A stretch of DNA of 37,808 bases from Pirellulales bacterium (GTDB lineage: Bacteria; Planctomycetota; Planctomycetia; Pirellulales; PALSA-1355). This document shows, one piece after another, positions 25,189 through 32,934 of this stretch (position 1 is its first letter; each line of letters starts with the position of its first letter). The stretch lies in the NCBI GenBank assembly GCA_040901665.1, contig JBBDYK010000145.1:1-37808 (forward strand), read 5' to 3'. A program made the translations under genes and the position numbers. The notes below the pieces were generated by a model. It did no database searches. It was not told the DNA's origin and saw nothing but the letters and a program-made list of their open reading frames with translations.

Positions 25189-26967
25189 TCAATCCGACGC
25201 CCGCGTCGCCTCGATATACGCCTTCACATTTTCTTCCAGCACGTCCAGCGGCACGGCGCCGCTGCCCAGCACGACGTCGTGAAACTGGCGCACGTCGAAC
25301 TTCTCGCCCAGTTGCTCCTCGGCTTGCTTGCGCAGCGCGCGAATCTTCAGCTCGCCCATCTTATAGGCCGTCGCCTGGCCGGGCCACGAGATATAGCGAT
25401 CCACCTCGGCCGCAATGTTGTGCAACGTGAGCGCCGTGTTGTCGGCCATGAACTGGATCGCCCGTTCGCGCGTCCAACCCAGGTAGTGCATGCCCGTGTC
25501 GACCACCAGCCGGCAGGCCCGCCACATCTCGTAGCTCAGCCGCCCGAAGTCGCGATAAGGATCTTTGTAAAAGCCGATTTCCAAACCCAGCCGCTCGGCA
25601 TACAGTCCCCAGCCTTCGACGAACGCCGTGGGATGCGCAAACCGCCGGAACTCCGGCAGCCCGGTCAGCTCCTGTTGCAGCGCGATCTGCAAGTGATGTC
25701 CCGGCACGGCTTCGTGCAGCGACAGCGCTTCGATCTCGAACAGCGGCCGGCTCTTCAGATTGTAGGTGTTCACGTAATAGAACCCGGCCCGCGTACCGTC
25801 GCCGGCCGGCGGCTGATAGTAGGCCGTCGTCGTGCGCGGCGCGATGAACGCCGGAATCTCGCGAACGCCATAGGGCGTGCGCGGCAGCGTCTTGAACAGC
25901 TTCGGCAGCTCGCCGTCGATCTGCTTCAGCACCAGACCCGTTTCCTTCATCAACTGCTCGGGCGTGTCGACATAAAACTTGGGATCGGTGCGCAAGTACT
26001 CGACAAACGCCGCGAAGTCGCCGTCGAAGCCCACCCGCTCGATCACGTCCTGCATTTCGGCCTTGATCCGCTTCACCTCGGCCAGCCCCGTCTCGTGGAC
26101 TTGCTCGGGATCGATGTCCAAGGTGGTGAAGTGCTTCACGCGATAGCGATAAAACGCGCGTCCCTGCGGCAGGGCACTGGCGCCGATCTGTTGCCGGCAG
26201 GCCGGCACGTACTCGTCCGTCATGAACGCCAGCAGCTTGCGATAAGCGGGCGCCACGCTCTCGGCAATCGCCGCCTTGCCCTCGGCCGTCAAGCGCGCGC
26301 GGTCTTCCGGACCGATGGAGTCGGGCCAATCCACGAAAGGAGCAAACAATAAGCTTCGCGTCGGATCGTCGACATCGTGCGGCGCAATCGCCTCGTCGAT
26401 ATCGGTCAGCACGACTGCTGGCGTGGTGAAGCCCTGTTTGATCCCCTCGCGCATCAGCTCGATGTGATCGTCGGTGTACTGTGCAAAAGCGCGCAGCCGC
26501 GCCACGTAGTTCTCGTAATCCTTGAGCGTCTTAAGCGGCGTGTGCTTGGGCAACTCTGGAAACGAAACGTGAAAGCCCGAGCGATTGGTGATCGGCATCA
26601 AGTACGATTGGAACTCGAACTCGCTGGCGCCGTCACGTCGTTGCCGGCGAAAGATGTCGTAGTTCACTTGCTCGGCCCGCGACAGTTTGTCGCGCTCGAT
26701 GGCGTCCAACCGCTTGAGAATCCCGCGCTCCACGTCGTTGCGGCGCGCCTGATCGGCCAGGGTCTCGCGCGGCAGCCGGTCGTTATAGCGCGCGTCCCCC
26801 GCGTGCGTGGCGAACAGCGGGTCCTCGGCCAGCGCGAACTCCCAGCTTTCGGCCAGCAGCTTGGCCAGTTGCTCGCTCGGCGAGTCATCGGCCCAGGCCG
26901 GCGCGACGCCAGGCAAGAGGAGAACGGCCGCGGCCGCCAGCGTTCGAAACTTGTTGGAGTGCAACAT
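25189..26967 (-). CDS. DUF885-family protein (predicted secreted metallopeptidase-like)
   Basis: A HExxGH-type motif is present (LHEAVPGHHLQ). Length and overall pattern are typical of DUF885. I start it at ATG 26967, giving the signal peptide MLHSNKFRTLAAAAVLLLPGVAPAWA. The track extension to 27066 would overlap the upstream gene. Confidence 0.75.
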   Translation of the reverse strand: MLHSNKFRTLAAAAVLLLPGVAPAWADDSPSEQLAKLLAESWEFALAEDPLFATHAGDARYNDRLPRETLADQARRNDVERGILKRLDAIERDKLSRAEQVNYDIFRRQRRDGASEFEFQSYLMPITNRSGFHVSFPELPKHTPLKTLKDYENYVARLRAFAQYTDDHIELMREGIKQGFTTPAVVLTDIDEAIAPHDVDDPTRSLLFAPFVDWPDSIGPEDRARLTAEGKAAIAESVAPAYRKLLAFMTDEYVPACRQQIGASALPQGRAFYRYRVKHFTTLDIDPEQVHETGLAEVKRIKAEMQDVIERVGFDGDFAAFVEYLRTDPKFYVDTPEQLMKETGLVLKQIDGELPKLFKTLPRTPYGVREIPAFIAPRTTTAYYQPPAGDGTRAGFYYVNTYNLKSRPLFEIEALSLHEAVPGHHLQIALQQELTGLPEFRRFAHPTAFVEGWGLYAERLGLEIGFYKDPYRDFGRLSYEMWRACRLVVDTGMHYLGWTRERAIQFMADNTALTLHNIAAEVDRYISWPGQATAYKMGELKIRALRKQAEEQLGEKFDVRQFHDVVLGSGAVPLDVLEENVKAYIEATRASD

Positions 26968-26998
26968 CAATCGTCTCACGGTTTCCAGTGTCAGCCGT

Positions 26999-28261
26999 TC
27001 AGCCCACGAGCGTGTTGGGTTGTTTCCAGTGCAGGCGCGCAACGTACACGCTGCCGTCGCTTCCATACTTCTCGCAGCCGACCGGCTGCATCCACTCGGC
27101 CACCGTCACCCAGGTCTCATCGCGCGTGACGTCCGTCACGCCAAAGTTCCCCAATCGGGCCCCGCGCTCGGGCACCAGCACTTGCTCGGTCGCGCGGATC
27201 ACGCACAGCTCTTCAGGATCGACTTGCGCCATCACCAGTGGCGCCCGATGGCGAAACACGTGGTCGTTGTTCAGGCCTCGCCGTGTGTAAACCAAAAACA
27301 CGCCGTCGCTGTGCGTCACCCAATGGGCCTGCGTATTGTAGCTGCCCAATTCGCTGCCGTCGTCAAACGTCCACGCCCGTAGCGGCCCGAAGTGCAGCCC
27401 GTCGCGGCCGCGGGCCACATACGCCCGGCGATCGTGCCGAACGGTCAGCAGATAATCGTCGCCGAACCGCGTCAGCGACGGCTCGCCCACGCCCCGCGTT
27501 TCGTCGTCGATGCCCAATTCGCTGCCGTGCTCCAGGTACTTCAATTCGTGCCCGTCGAAGCCGCACCGCATGACCGCCACCCGCGAGTTGCTTTCCGGCG
27601 GGCGAAAATAGAACGGCAGCAGAATCGTCCCGTCCGCCTCGTCGTAACGCTGTGTGCAGCCCGCGCCCGAGTTGTAGAACTTGGTCGCGTCGGGCATCGG
27701 CAGCTTCTGCCATGCCGACCAATCGTCGGCCGCCGGATCGTAGCTGGCAAACACCGACTGCCGCGGCCGCTGCGGCACGACTCTCCACTCGGGCGTATAG
27801 ACGACTGAGTGGCCCGTCGCCAGCAGCGACTTGCTGGCCGCGTGCCAGCCGGGCGTCAGATCGCTGGCCGCTACCGGCCGGCGCACGCCGTCGATCGTCT
27901 CCTCGCGCGGCGCCATCGGCTTGAGCTCATTGACGTCGCTCCACGTCTGGCCCATGTCGTCTGTCATGAGTCCGAACACGCCGCGAAACACGTCGCTGCC
28001 GGCCAGGTCCAGCGAGTTCATGGTCATCACCACGCGCGGCCGACCGTCGCGTCCGGCCCCCGCCACGATCCCCGCCCGCGGATGGCACCAGCAGCGCTTG
28101 CCGTCAAAGAACTTCGTCGGCACGTCGCGCGAGAGCCGATAGGCCAGCGCATTGTCTTCGTCTGCCACGGCCCGCCCGCGCCGCACTCCCATCGGCACCG
28201 CCAGCAATGACACCCCAGCCACAAGCGACGACTGCAAAAACGCGCGACGAGAATTTGGCAT
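26999..28261 (-). CDS. BNR/Asp-box beta-propeller protein, sialidase-like glycoside hydrolase, Tat signal
   Basis: I start it at ATG 28261. The Tat motif is SRRAFLQSSLVAGVSLLAV. There is an Asp-box, TDDMGQTW (S/T-x-D-x-G-x-T-W). The 97-aa upstream extension in the track is junk. Confidence 0.65.
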   Translation of the reverse strand: MPNSRRAFLQSSLVAGVSLLAVPMGVRRGRAVADEDNALAYRLSRDVPTKFFDGKRCWCHPRAGIVAGAGRDGRPRVVMTMNSLDLAGSDVFRGVFGLMTDDMGQTWSDVNELKPMAPREETIDGVRRPVAASDLTPGWHAASKSLLATGHSVVYTPEWRVVPQRPRQSVFASYDPAADDWSAWQKLPMPDATKFYNSGAGCTQRYDEADGTILLPFYFRPPESNSRVAVMRCGFDGHELKYLEHGSELGIDDETRGVGEPSLTRFGDDYLLTVRHDRRAYVARGRDGLHFGPLRAWTFDDGSELGSYNTQAHWVTHSDGVFLVYTRRGLNNDHVFRHRAPLVMAQVDPEELCVIRATEQVLVPERGARLGNFGVTDVTRDETWVTVAEWMQPVGCEKYGSDGSVYVARLHWKQPNTLVG

Positions 28262-28279
28262 GGCTGGAATCCGCCAGCG

Positions 28280-28501
28280 ATGGCAGGGCAGGGGGCATGG
28301 GAACCGAGCAAATCCGACCGCATCCATTCTACCACGCCGCTGCTCGTGACGATCGCTCGCGCCTACAAGCATTTTGGCGACGCGCTCGACGAGCGCAGGC
28401 CGCTGTTCGACGCCCGCGCACGGGAGATCGCCAAGCAAGAGATCGAGCACGAACGCTGGGTGCAGTACTGCCAGGAGCGTGCGATTTTTGGCCCGCATTG
28501 A
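28280..28501 (+). CDS. possible small protein (up to 73 aa) upstream of the toxin gene
   Basis: The C-terminal 50 codons (LLVTIARAYKHFGDALDERRPLFDARAREIAKQEIEHERWVQYCQERAIFGPH) have protein-like composition and strong GC3 bias. The start is uncertain: ATG 28280 or an internal GTG near 28340. No family recognised. Confidence 0.3.
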   Translation: MAGQGAWEPSKSDRIHSTTPLLVTIARAYKHFGDALDERRPLFDARAREIAKQEIEHERWVQYCQERAIFGPH

Positions 28502-28565
28502 TCGCGGGCCATTCGACGCTTTCTCCCTCGATTCAGACGGCAATGCGCGCACCTAGAGGCACGAC

Positions 28566-30122
28566 ATGACGGACGACGCGTATTCGCGCCAGCTTTTGCA
28601 GGAGGCCTACGAAGACGGCTGCCGTCGTTGCGCCGCCGACTTGCAGCAGTTCGTCACGCCGCTGGAAGCCTGGATGGACCGCCTGTTGGAAGAGCCGTTG
28701 GCGCCCGACTGGCGCGACCAGCTCAACGACTACCTCGCCGAGCAGGAGCCCAAAGGCTACCGCATCGAGCCCGAGAATCGCTGGGTGCTGGAAGCAGAGA
28801 TCCTTGACAGCGCCGCGCAACGGGTGTGGGCGGCGGGGAAGACGTCGAAAGAAACAGGACCGTCCTCCCCGGCAGTGCAGATGGCTCAGGAAGACGCTGC
28901 GCGCGACAAAGCAGAGCAACAGCAGGAGCGTGAATTCCGTTGGTTTGCCCGTGAGGCGTCCGCGCTCGAACGGAAGCGGCTTGGTCTTAGCGACGGTGAG
29001 CGAGCCGAATATGAACGGTATCTGATCGAGGCTCAGCGAAGCCTGGCGCGCGGCGAGCCGGCCGTTCCCGCTCCTGACTTCTATTTGGAAAAGAAAGCGC
29101 GATATGACGAGCAACAGGCCGAGGCCGACCGCAACACGCCGACGATCAGGGCATCGAGATTGTCGGACCTGGAGTGGGAGATTCAGACGATCGTCGCGAA
29201 GTTGAGCCATCGCGCCCTGCTCTCCGACGCCGAATATCAATCGCTCGTTGCGAAGCTGCGCTTGAAGCAACGGGAGCTGTACTACCAAACCGGTGATTGG
29301 AACTTCGTCACGCGGACCATGGACCGGCTGCTCAATCCCGCCTGGGACGGCACGGGCACGCTCAACGACATTGCGATCGGGCTTGGAGGGTTCAGCGGTG
29401 GCGCGCCAGGGCTGTCAAATTCAGCCGGCAAGCAACCACTGGCATCTCCCCCAAGACGCGGTCGCCGTCCGGCGCGCAAGCCCGGCAGATCGCCATCCGA
29501 TAGTCAGCACAGACCAAATGACCGAGCCGGCTCAAGTCCGCCTTCAGCAACCCAACCAAGCACGACGAGGCCCGCCGAGACCTCGACTTCGCGCACGCCG
29601 CCGCAGTCGAGCGTGACGGCTAGCGAAGCACTCAGTATTGCAGCGCGGATAGCAGAGCTTAAGGCCAAGCTTCCGAAGACAGTCGCCGAGCGACTCGACA
29701 GCCTGGCTCCCAGCAAGCGCAAGGCTCTCATGTCAAAGGCCATTGCCGCCAAGACGGACGACGAAGCGCTCGATATAATCGAGCAAGGCTTGAAAGCGGG
29801 GATCGCGGCTGATGATAAGGTCAATTCTGCCTATCGCTCGGTCGAGTCAAACAAGGTCAACTACGTTGGGATCACGAACAACATCGCTCGCAGAGCTATT
29901 GAGCAGCTGCGAAGTCGGGGAATCATCATTGAAAAGATCCTCGATAAGCTGTCTCGGAGTGACGCACGCGCCGTCGAACAGGCACTGATCAAGATCCACG
30001 GACTACAAAGGAGCGGAGGCACCCTCGAAAACAGAATCAACAGTATTGCAAAGTCGAACCCTAAATATGCCCATCAGCTCAAACGTGGTTTTGAGCTACT
30101 GCAATCCATCGGTTATCGCTAG
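28566..30122 (+). CDS. polymorphic-toxin-like protein: unrecognised helical N-terminal region, P/S/T/R-rich linker, C-terminal GIY-YIG/URI-fold nuclease-like module
   Basis: The 518-aa ORF has no signal peptide. A low-complexity linker lies at about 29400-29620. The last 101 aa carry Y-x10-YVG (AYRSVESNKVNYVGIT), RR (NNIARRAIEQ), E (ARAVEQALI) and N (LENRINS), in the order and spacing of the GIY-YIG superfamily. Immunity-type genes follow immediately. Confidence 0.6.
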   Translation: MTDDAYSRQLLQEAYEDGCRRCAADLQQFVTPLEAWMDRLLEEPLAPDWRDQLNDYLAEQEPKGYRIEPENRWVLEAEILDSAAQRVWAAGKTSKETGPSSPAVQMAQEDAARDKAEQQQEREFRWFAREASALERKRLGLSDGERAEYERYLIEAQRSLARGEPAVPAPDFYLEKKARYDEQQAEADRNTPTIRASRLSDLEWEIQTIVAKLSHRALLSDAEYQSLVAKLRLKQRELYYQTGDWNFVTRTMDRLLNPAWDGTGTLNDIAIGLGGFSGGAPGLSNSAGKQPLASPPRRGRRPARKPGRSPSDSQHRPNDRAGSSPPSATQPSTTRPAETSTSRTPPQSSVTASEALSIAARIAELKAKLPKTVAERLDSLAPSKRKALMSKAIAAKTDDEALDIIEQGLKAGIAADDKVNSAYRSVESNKVNYVGITNNIARRAIEQLRSRGIIIEKILDKLSRSDARAVEQALIKIHGLQRSGGTLENRINSIAKSNPKYAHQLKRGFELLQSIGYR

Positions 30123-30127
30123 CTGTT

Positions 30128-30595
30128 ATGACAATTCGAAAGCAACGACCAAAGATCGGCGACCTGCTTGAAATCAAATTGCCACGCGGTCTGGCATATG
30201 TTCAATACGTGGGACGGCACGCCGAGTACGGCGACGCAATCTGGGTCCGTCCAACCGTGTATCGAATTCGTCCCGCGGACTTCGGGAAATTGATCGACAA
30301 GGCGGGATATCTGACGTTTTATCCGGCCCGCGCCGCTGTATCGCAGGGCCTAACCCAAGTGGTTGCATCGTCACAGTTGCCGCATTCGATTAGCATTCCT
30401 CATCGCTATCGCCGTGTTGGCGCTCGCAGCCGCGATGGCAAGGTGTTGACTTGGATTATCGTCGATGACGGTCGGGAAACGTTGCGGCACACGCTGAACG
30501 AATCGGAGAGAAAGTTGCCGATCGCCGCAATTTGGAACCACCAAATGCTGTGCGACAGAATTGACGATCAATGGTTTCCGGAATCGGAGGGGTAG
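30128..30595 (+). CDS. immunity-protein-like (Imm26-like N-terminal pattern), candidate cognate immunity
   Basis: It starts 5 nt after the toxin stop. The N-terminal KIGDLLEIKLPRGLAYVQYVGRH...GDAIWV matches the 'GD..ei.L.dG.yay..v' pattern of a polymorphic-toxin immunity family as I remember it. GC is low: line 30121-30180 is 25/60. Confidence 0.55.
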   Translation: MTIRKQRPKIGDLLEIKLPRGLAYVQYVGRHAEYGDAIWVRPTVYRIRPADFGKLIDKAGYLTFYPARAAVSQGLTQVVASSQLPHSISIPHRYRRVGARSRDGKVLTWIIVDDGRETLRHTLNESERKLPIAAIWNHQMLCDRIDDQWFPESEG

Positions 30596-30598
30596 GCA

Positions 30599-30955
30599 AT
30601 GGCAAGTGACTCTGACGCACTGGACCAACTCGCAGAGGTCTCGGATATCAGCAAGGTGCACGCGGTGCAACACTACCTGTACTTCCCCTCGAAGATCGCT
30701 GCCAGGCGAGCTGCGTCCGATATTGTTAAGCAGAAATATGTCGTGACAGAGCGACTCGGCGCCGATCTCAAGAATTGGCTCGTGCTCGCCGAGCATCGAA
30801 TTGTTCCGACACTAGAGGCGTTAACCGCCGCCAGAGCCGCGCTTGAAAAGTGTGCCACAAAATTCGGAGGGGAGTACGACGGTTGGGAAGCGGCAGTGCG
30901 ATCAATCAACGCGGACGCGACAGTGGATACAGAAAGCAACAATCCGCTTGGCTGA
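30599..30955 (+). CDS. RraB-like (regulator of ribonuclease activity B / DUF1260 fold) protein, immunity-type
   Basis: GGAGG at 30586-30590 lies 8 nt before the ATG, and the gene starts 3 nt after the upstream stop. Its HAVQHYLYF.....A...A......Y.V ........ KFGGEYDGWEA matches the RraB family hallmarks (H-x-IEH-x-F ... YDGW). Confidence 0.65.
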   Translation: MASDSDALDQLAEVSDISKVHAVQHYLYFPSKIAARRAASDIVKQKYVVTERLGADLKNWLVLAEHRIVPTLEALTAARAALEKCATKFGGEYDGWEAAVRSINADATVDTESNNPLG

Positions 30956-31080
30956 TCGTTACGTTTGTCACGGGCGAAGAGCGCGGATGGATACTCCTCA
31001 AGCGGGCCTACGGCGGTATCTACTACCTCGCGGACGGCATCGAGGAGTTTTTCGGCTTGCTGCGCGAACGAAGCGAGTAG
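30952..31080 (+). pseudogene. remnant of a third immunity-type gene (SMI1/KNR4-like C-terminal tail), no usable start codon
   Basis: The frame-1 translation LIVTFVTGEERGWILLKRAYGGIYYLADGIEEFFGLLRERSE* resembles the C-terminal tail of SMI1/KNR4-type immunity proteins. The upstream part of track ORF 30850..31080 overlaps the RraB-like gene out of frame and reads as junk. There is no ATG/GTG/TTG after 30955 until near the end. Confidence 0.3.
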
Positions 31081-31120
31081 CGGACCATGCTTGCAGGAGG
31101 TTGTCAGGGCACTCGTCCCC

Positions 31121-31921
31121 TCACCACGCCGTCCAACCGCCATCCACCACCAGGTTGTGGCCCGTCACGTAACTGCTGGCGTCGGAGGCCAGGTACACGA
31201 CGGCGCCTTTCAGCTCGTGCGGTTGACCCATGCGGCCTAGCGGAGTGCGCTGTTCGAGCCGTGTCACCAGCTCGCGCGGCGCTTGCGGCGAGGGGAACGG
31301 GCCGGGGCTCAGGCAGTTCACGCGCACGCCGTCCTTCGCCCAGTACACGGCCAAATGCCGCGTGAGATGGATGATCCCGCCCTTGAGCGCGTGATACGCG
31401 GCCGGACTCGCCGCGCCGATGCCTTCATACGCTTCCGGATAAGAGCCGACCAGCCCGTACATCGAACCGAGCATGATCACGCTGGCCGGCGATCCTCGTT
31501 CGACCGCGTGATCGCGCAGCAGCCGGGCCAACAAAAAATAGCCCGTGGCGTTGGCCAACTGGCGCGTGAACTGCTCGCCCGAGACATTGCGCCAATCGTC
31601 CGCCAGGGGCTCGTGTCCGTTGTTGACCAGGATGTCGAGGTGCCCGGCCGCGGCGACGGCCGCAGCGAACCCGCGCTCGATCGACGCCTCGTCCATCTGA
31701 TCGATTGCCACGCCCACGTGCCGACCCGCTTCACGTCCGCCGAGCGTGGCGGCGGCGGCCCGCGCCTTCGACGCATCGCGACTGCCAACCACGACGCGGC
31801 CGCCGACTTCGGCCAAGGCCTCGGCCAGCGCGCGCCCCAGATGCCCGCTGGCGCCGGTGACCAGTGCCACGCGACCGCCCAGATCGAAAAGCTGCTGCAC
31901 GCTGGTCGAAGTGTTTGTCAT
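31121..31921 (-). CDS. short-chain dehydrogenase/reductase (SDR)
   Basis: The motifs are TGASGHLG (TGxxxGxG), NNG, and the catalytic YHALK (YxxxK). ATG 31921 overlaps the upstream stop (ATGA). The track extension to 32149 is junk. Confidence 0.85.
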   Translation of the reverse strand: MTNTSTSVQQLFDLGGRVALVTGASGHLGRALAEALAEVGGRVVVGSRDASKARAAAATLGGREAGRHVGVAIDQMDEASIERGFAAAVAAAGHLDILVNNGHEPLADDWRNVSGEQFTRQLANATGYFLLARLLRDHAVERGSPASVIMLGSMYGLVGSYPEAYEGIGAASPAAYHALKGGIIHLTRHLAVYWAKDGVRVNCLSPGPFPSPQAPRELVTRLEQRTPLGRMGQPHELKGAVVYLASDASSYVTGHNLVVDGGWTAW

Positions 31922-32934
31922 CGGTTGGGCTCGTCGCACTCCAAGATTTCCCAAGCGCGCCGTTCGGCGCTGCGCAGAATTGCCAGGTTCGCCGTCAGCG
32001 TTTGTCGCGCTTCGTCCAGCGTACATGCCGGCGGCGACTTGCCTTCCACCGCGTCCAGCAGCGCGTCTGCTTGCCGCACGAACAGGGTGTCGCGCTCCAG
32101 CGGTCCCACCGGCTCGTTGGTCCACGCGCCGCCCGGCTCGACCATCCATCGCCAGCGGCTCTCATGATACTCGAATCGCGCCGTTCCGCGCGTGCCGATC
32201 ACCGTGATCGTCGATTCGTTGGGCGCCTGGTGCTGGTTCAAACTGTAGGAGCCCATCACCGCGCCATGCCGGGCAATGACGTGCGCGGTGTCTTCCACCA
32301 AGACGCCTTCGAGCGCCTGGTGGTTTACGTCGGCCACCAGCCGATCGATCGGCCCGACGAGCCACTGACCGGCGTTGATCACGTGCGTCAGCGAATCCTG
32401 CACCGCGCCGCCGCCGCTGGCGCGATCCTTGTAATAGATCTCCCGATACGCGGGCCGATAGAGCGGAAAGTGCTGACCGCTGGTGGCCACGATCTCGACG
32501 GGCGTGCCAAAGTGTCCCTGCTGGACCGCCGCGCGCATGGCCGCCAGCGCCGGATGCGCGCGATACACGTAGGCCACCGACGCCGTCACGCCAGCCCGGT
32601 CGACGGCTTGCAACAACTCATCTACGCCGTCGAGCGAAGTGCTCAAGGGCTTTTCGATGAGCAAATGCGCGCCCGCTCGCACGGCCGCCAGCGCCAGCGA
32701 CACGTGCAAGTGCGCCGGCGTCGCAATCACCACCACTTCTGGCTCCGCCGCCAGCGCGTCTTCGAACCGCTCGAATGCGTCGTCGACTGCATACTGCTTG
32801 GCCACGCTGATACGCACCGCCGCGTTGGTTTCGCACACGCTCAGTCGTGCTCGACCCGTCGCGCCAAAGCAGCGCACGTGTCGCTCGCCGATCGAACCGG
32901 CGCCGACGACGAGCACGCGGTGCGCCGCCGTCAT
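31918..32934 (-). CDS. Gfo/Idh/MocA-family NAD(P)-dependent oxidoreductase
   Basis: The N-terminal Rossmann segment is HRVLVVGAGSIGERH. The EKP motif (LLIEKPL) is typical of the family. ATG 32934 overlaps the aldolase stop (ATGA) and its own stop overlaps the SDR start. Confidence 0.85.
   Translation of the reverse strand: MTAAHRVLVVGAGSIGERHVRCFGATGRARLSVCETNAAVRISVAKQYAVDDAFERFEDALAAEPEVVVIATPAHLHVSLALAAVRAGAHLLIEKPLSTSLDGVDELLQAVDRAGVTASVAYVYRAHPALAAMRAAVQQGHFGTPVEIVATSGQHFPLYRPAYREIYYKDRASGGGAVQDSLTHVINAGQWLVGPIDRLVADVNHQALEGVLVEDTAHVIARHGAVMGSYSLNQHQAPNESTITVIGTRGTARFEYHESRWRWMVEPGGAWTNEPVGPLERDTLFVRQADALLDAVEGKSPPACTLDEARQTLTANLAILRSAERRAWEILECDEPNR

Noticed and set aside
25159-26352. 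397-aa plus-strand ORF opposite the DUF885 gene. Also 26377..27129(+), 25361..26329(-) and 12880..13848(+).
   Set aside because: These are shadow ORFs with low-complexity Arg/Leu/Gln-rich composition. The opposite or other frame carries the HExxGH motif (DUF885) or the AMP-binding motifs (ligase).
30843-31240. ORFs 30843..31172(+), 30965..31240(+), 30673..31143(-) and 31087..31365(+) around the end of the toxin islet.
   Set aside because: Arg/Pro/Ser junk overlapping the RraB-like gene or the SDR gene. Only the short frame-1 tail 30952..31080 has protein-like sequence, and I report it as a remnant.
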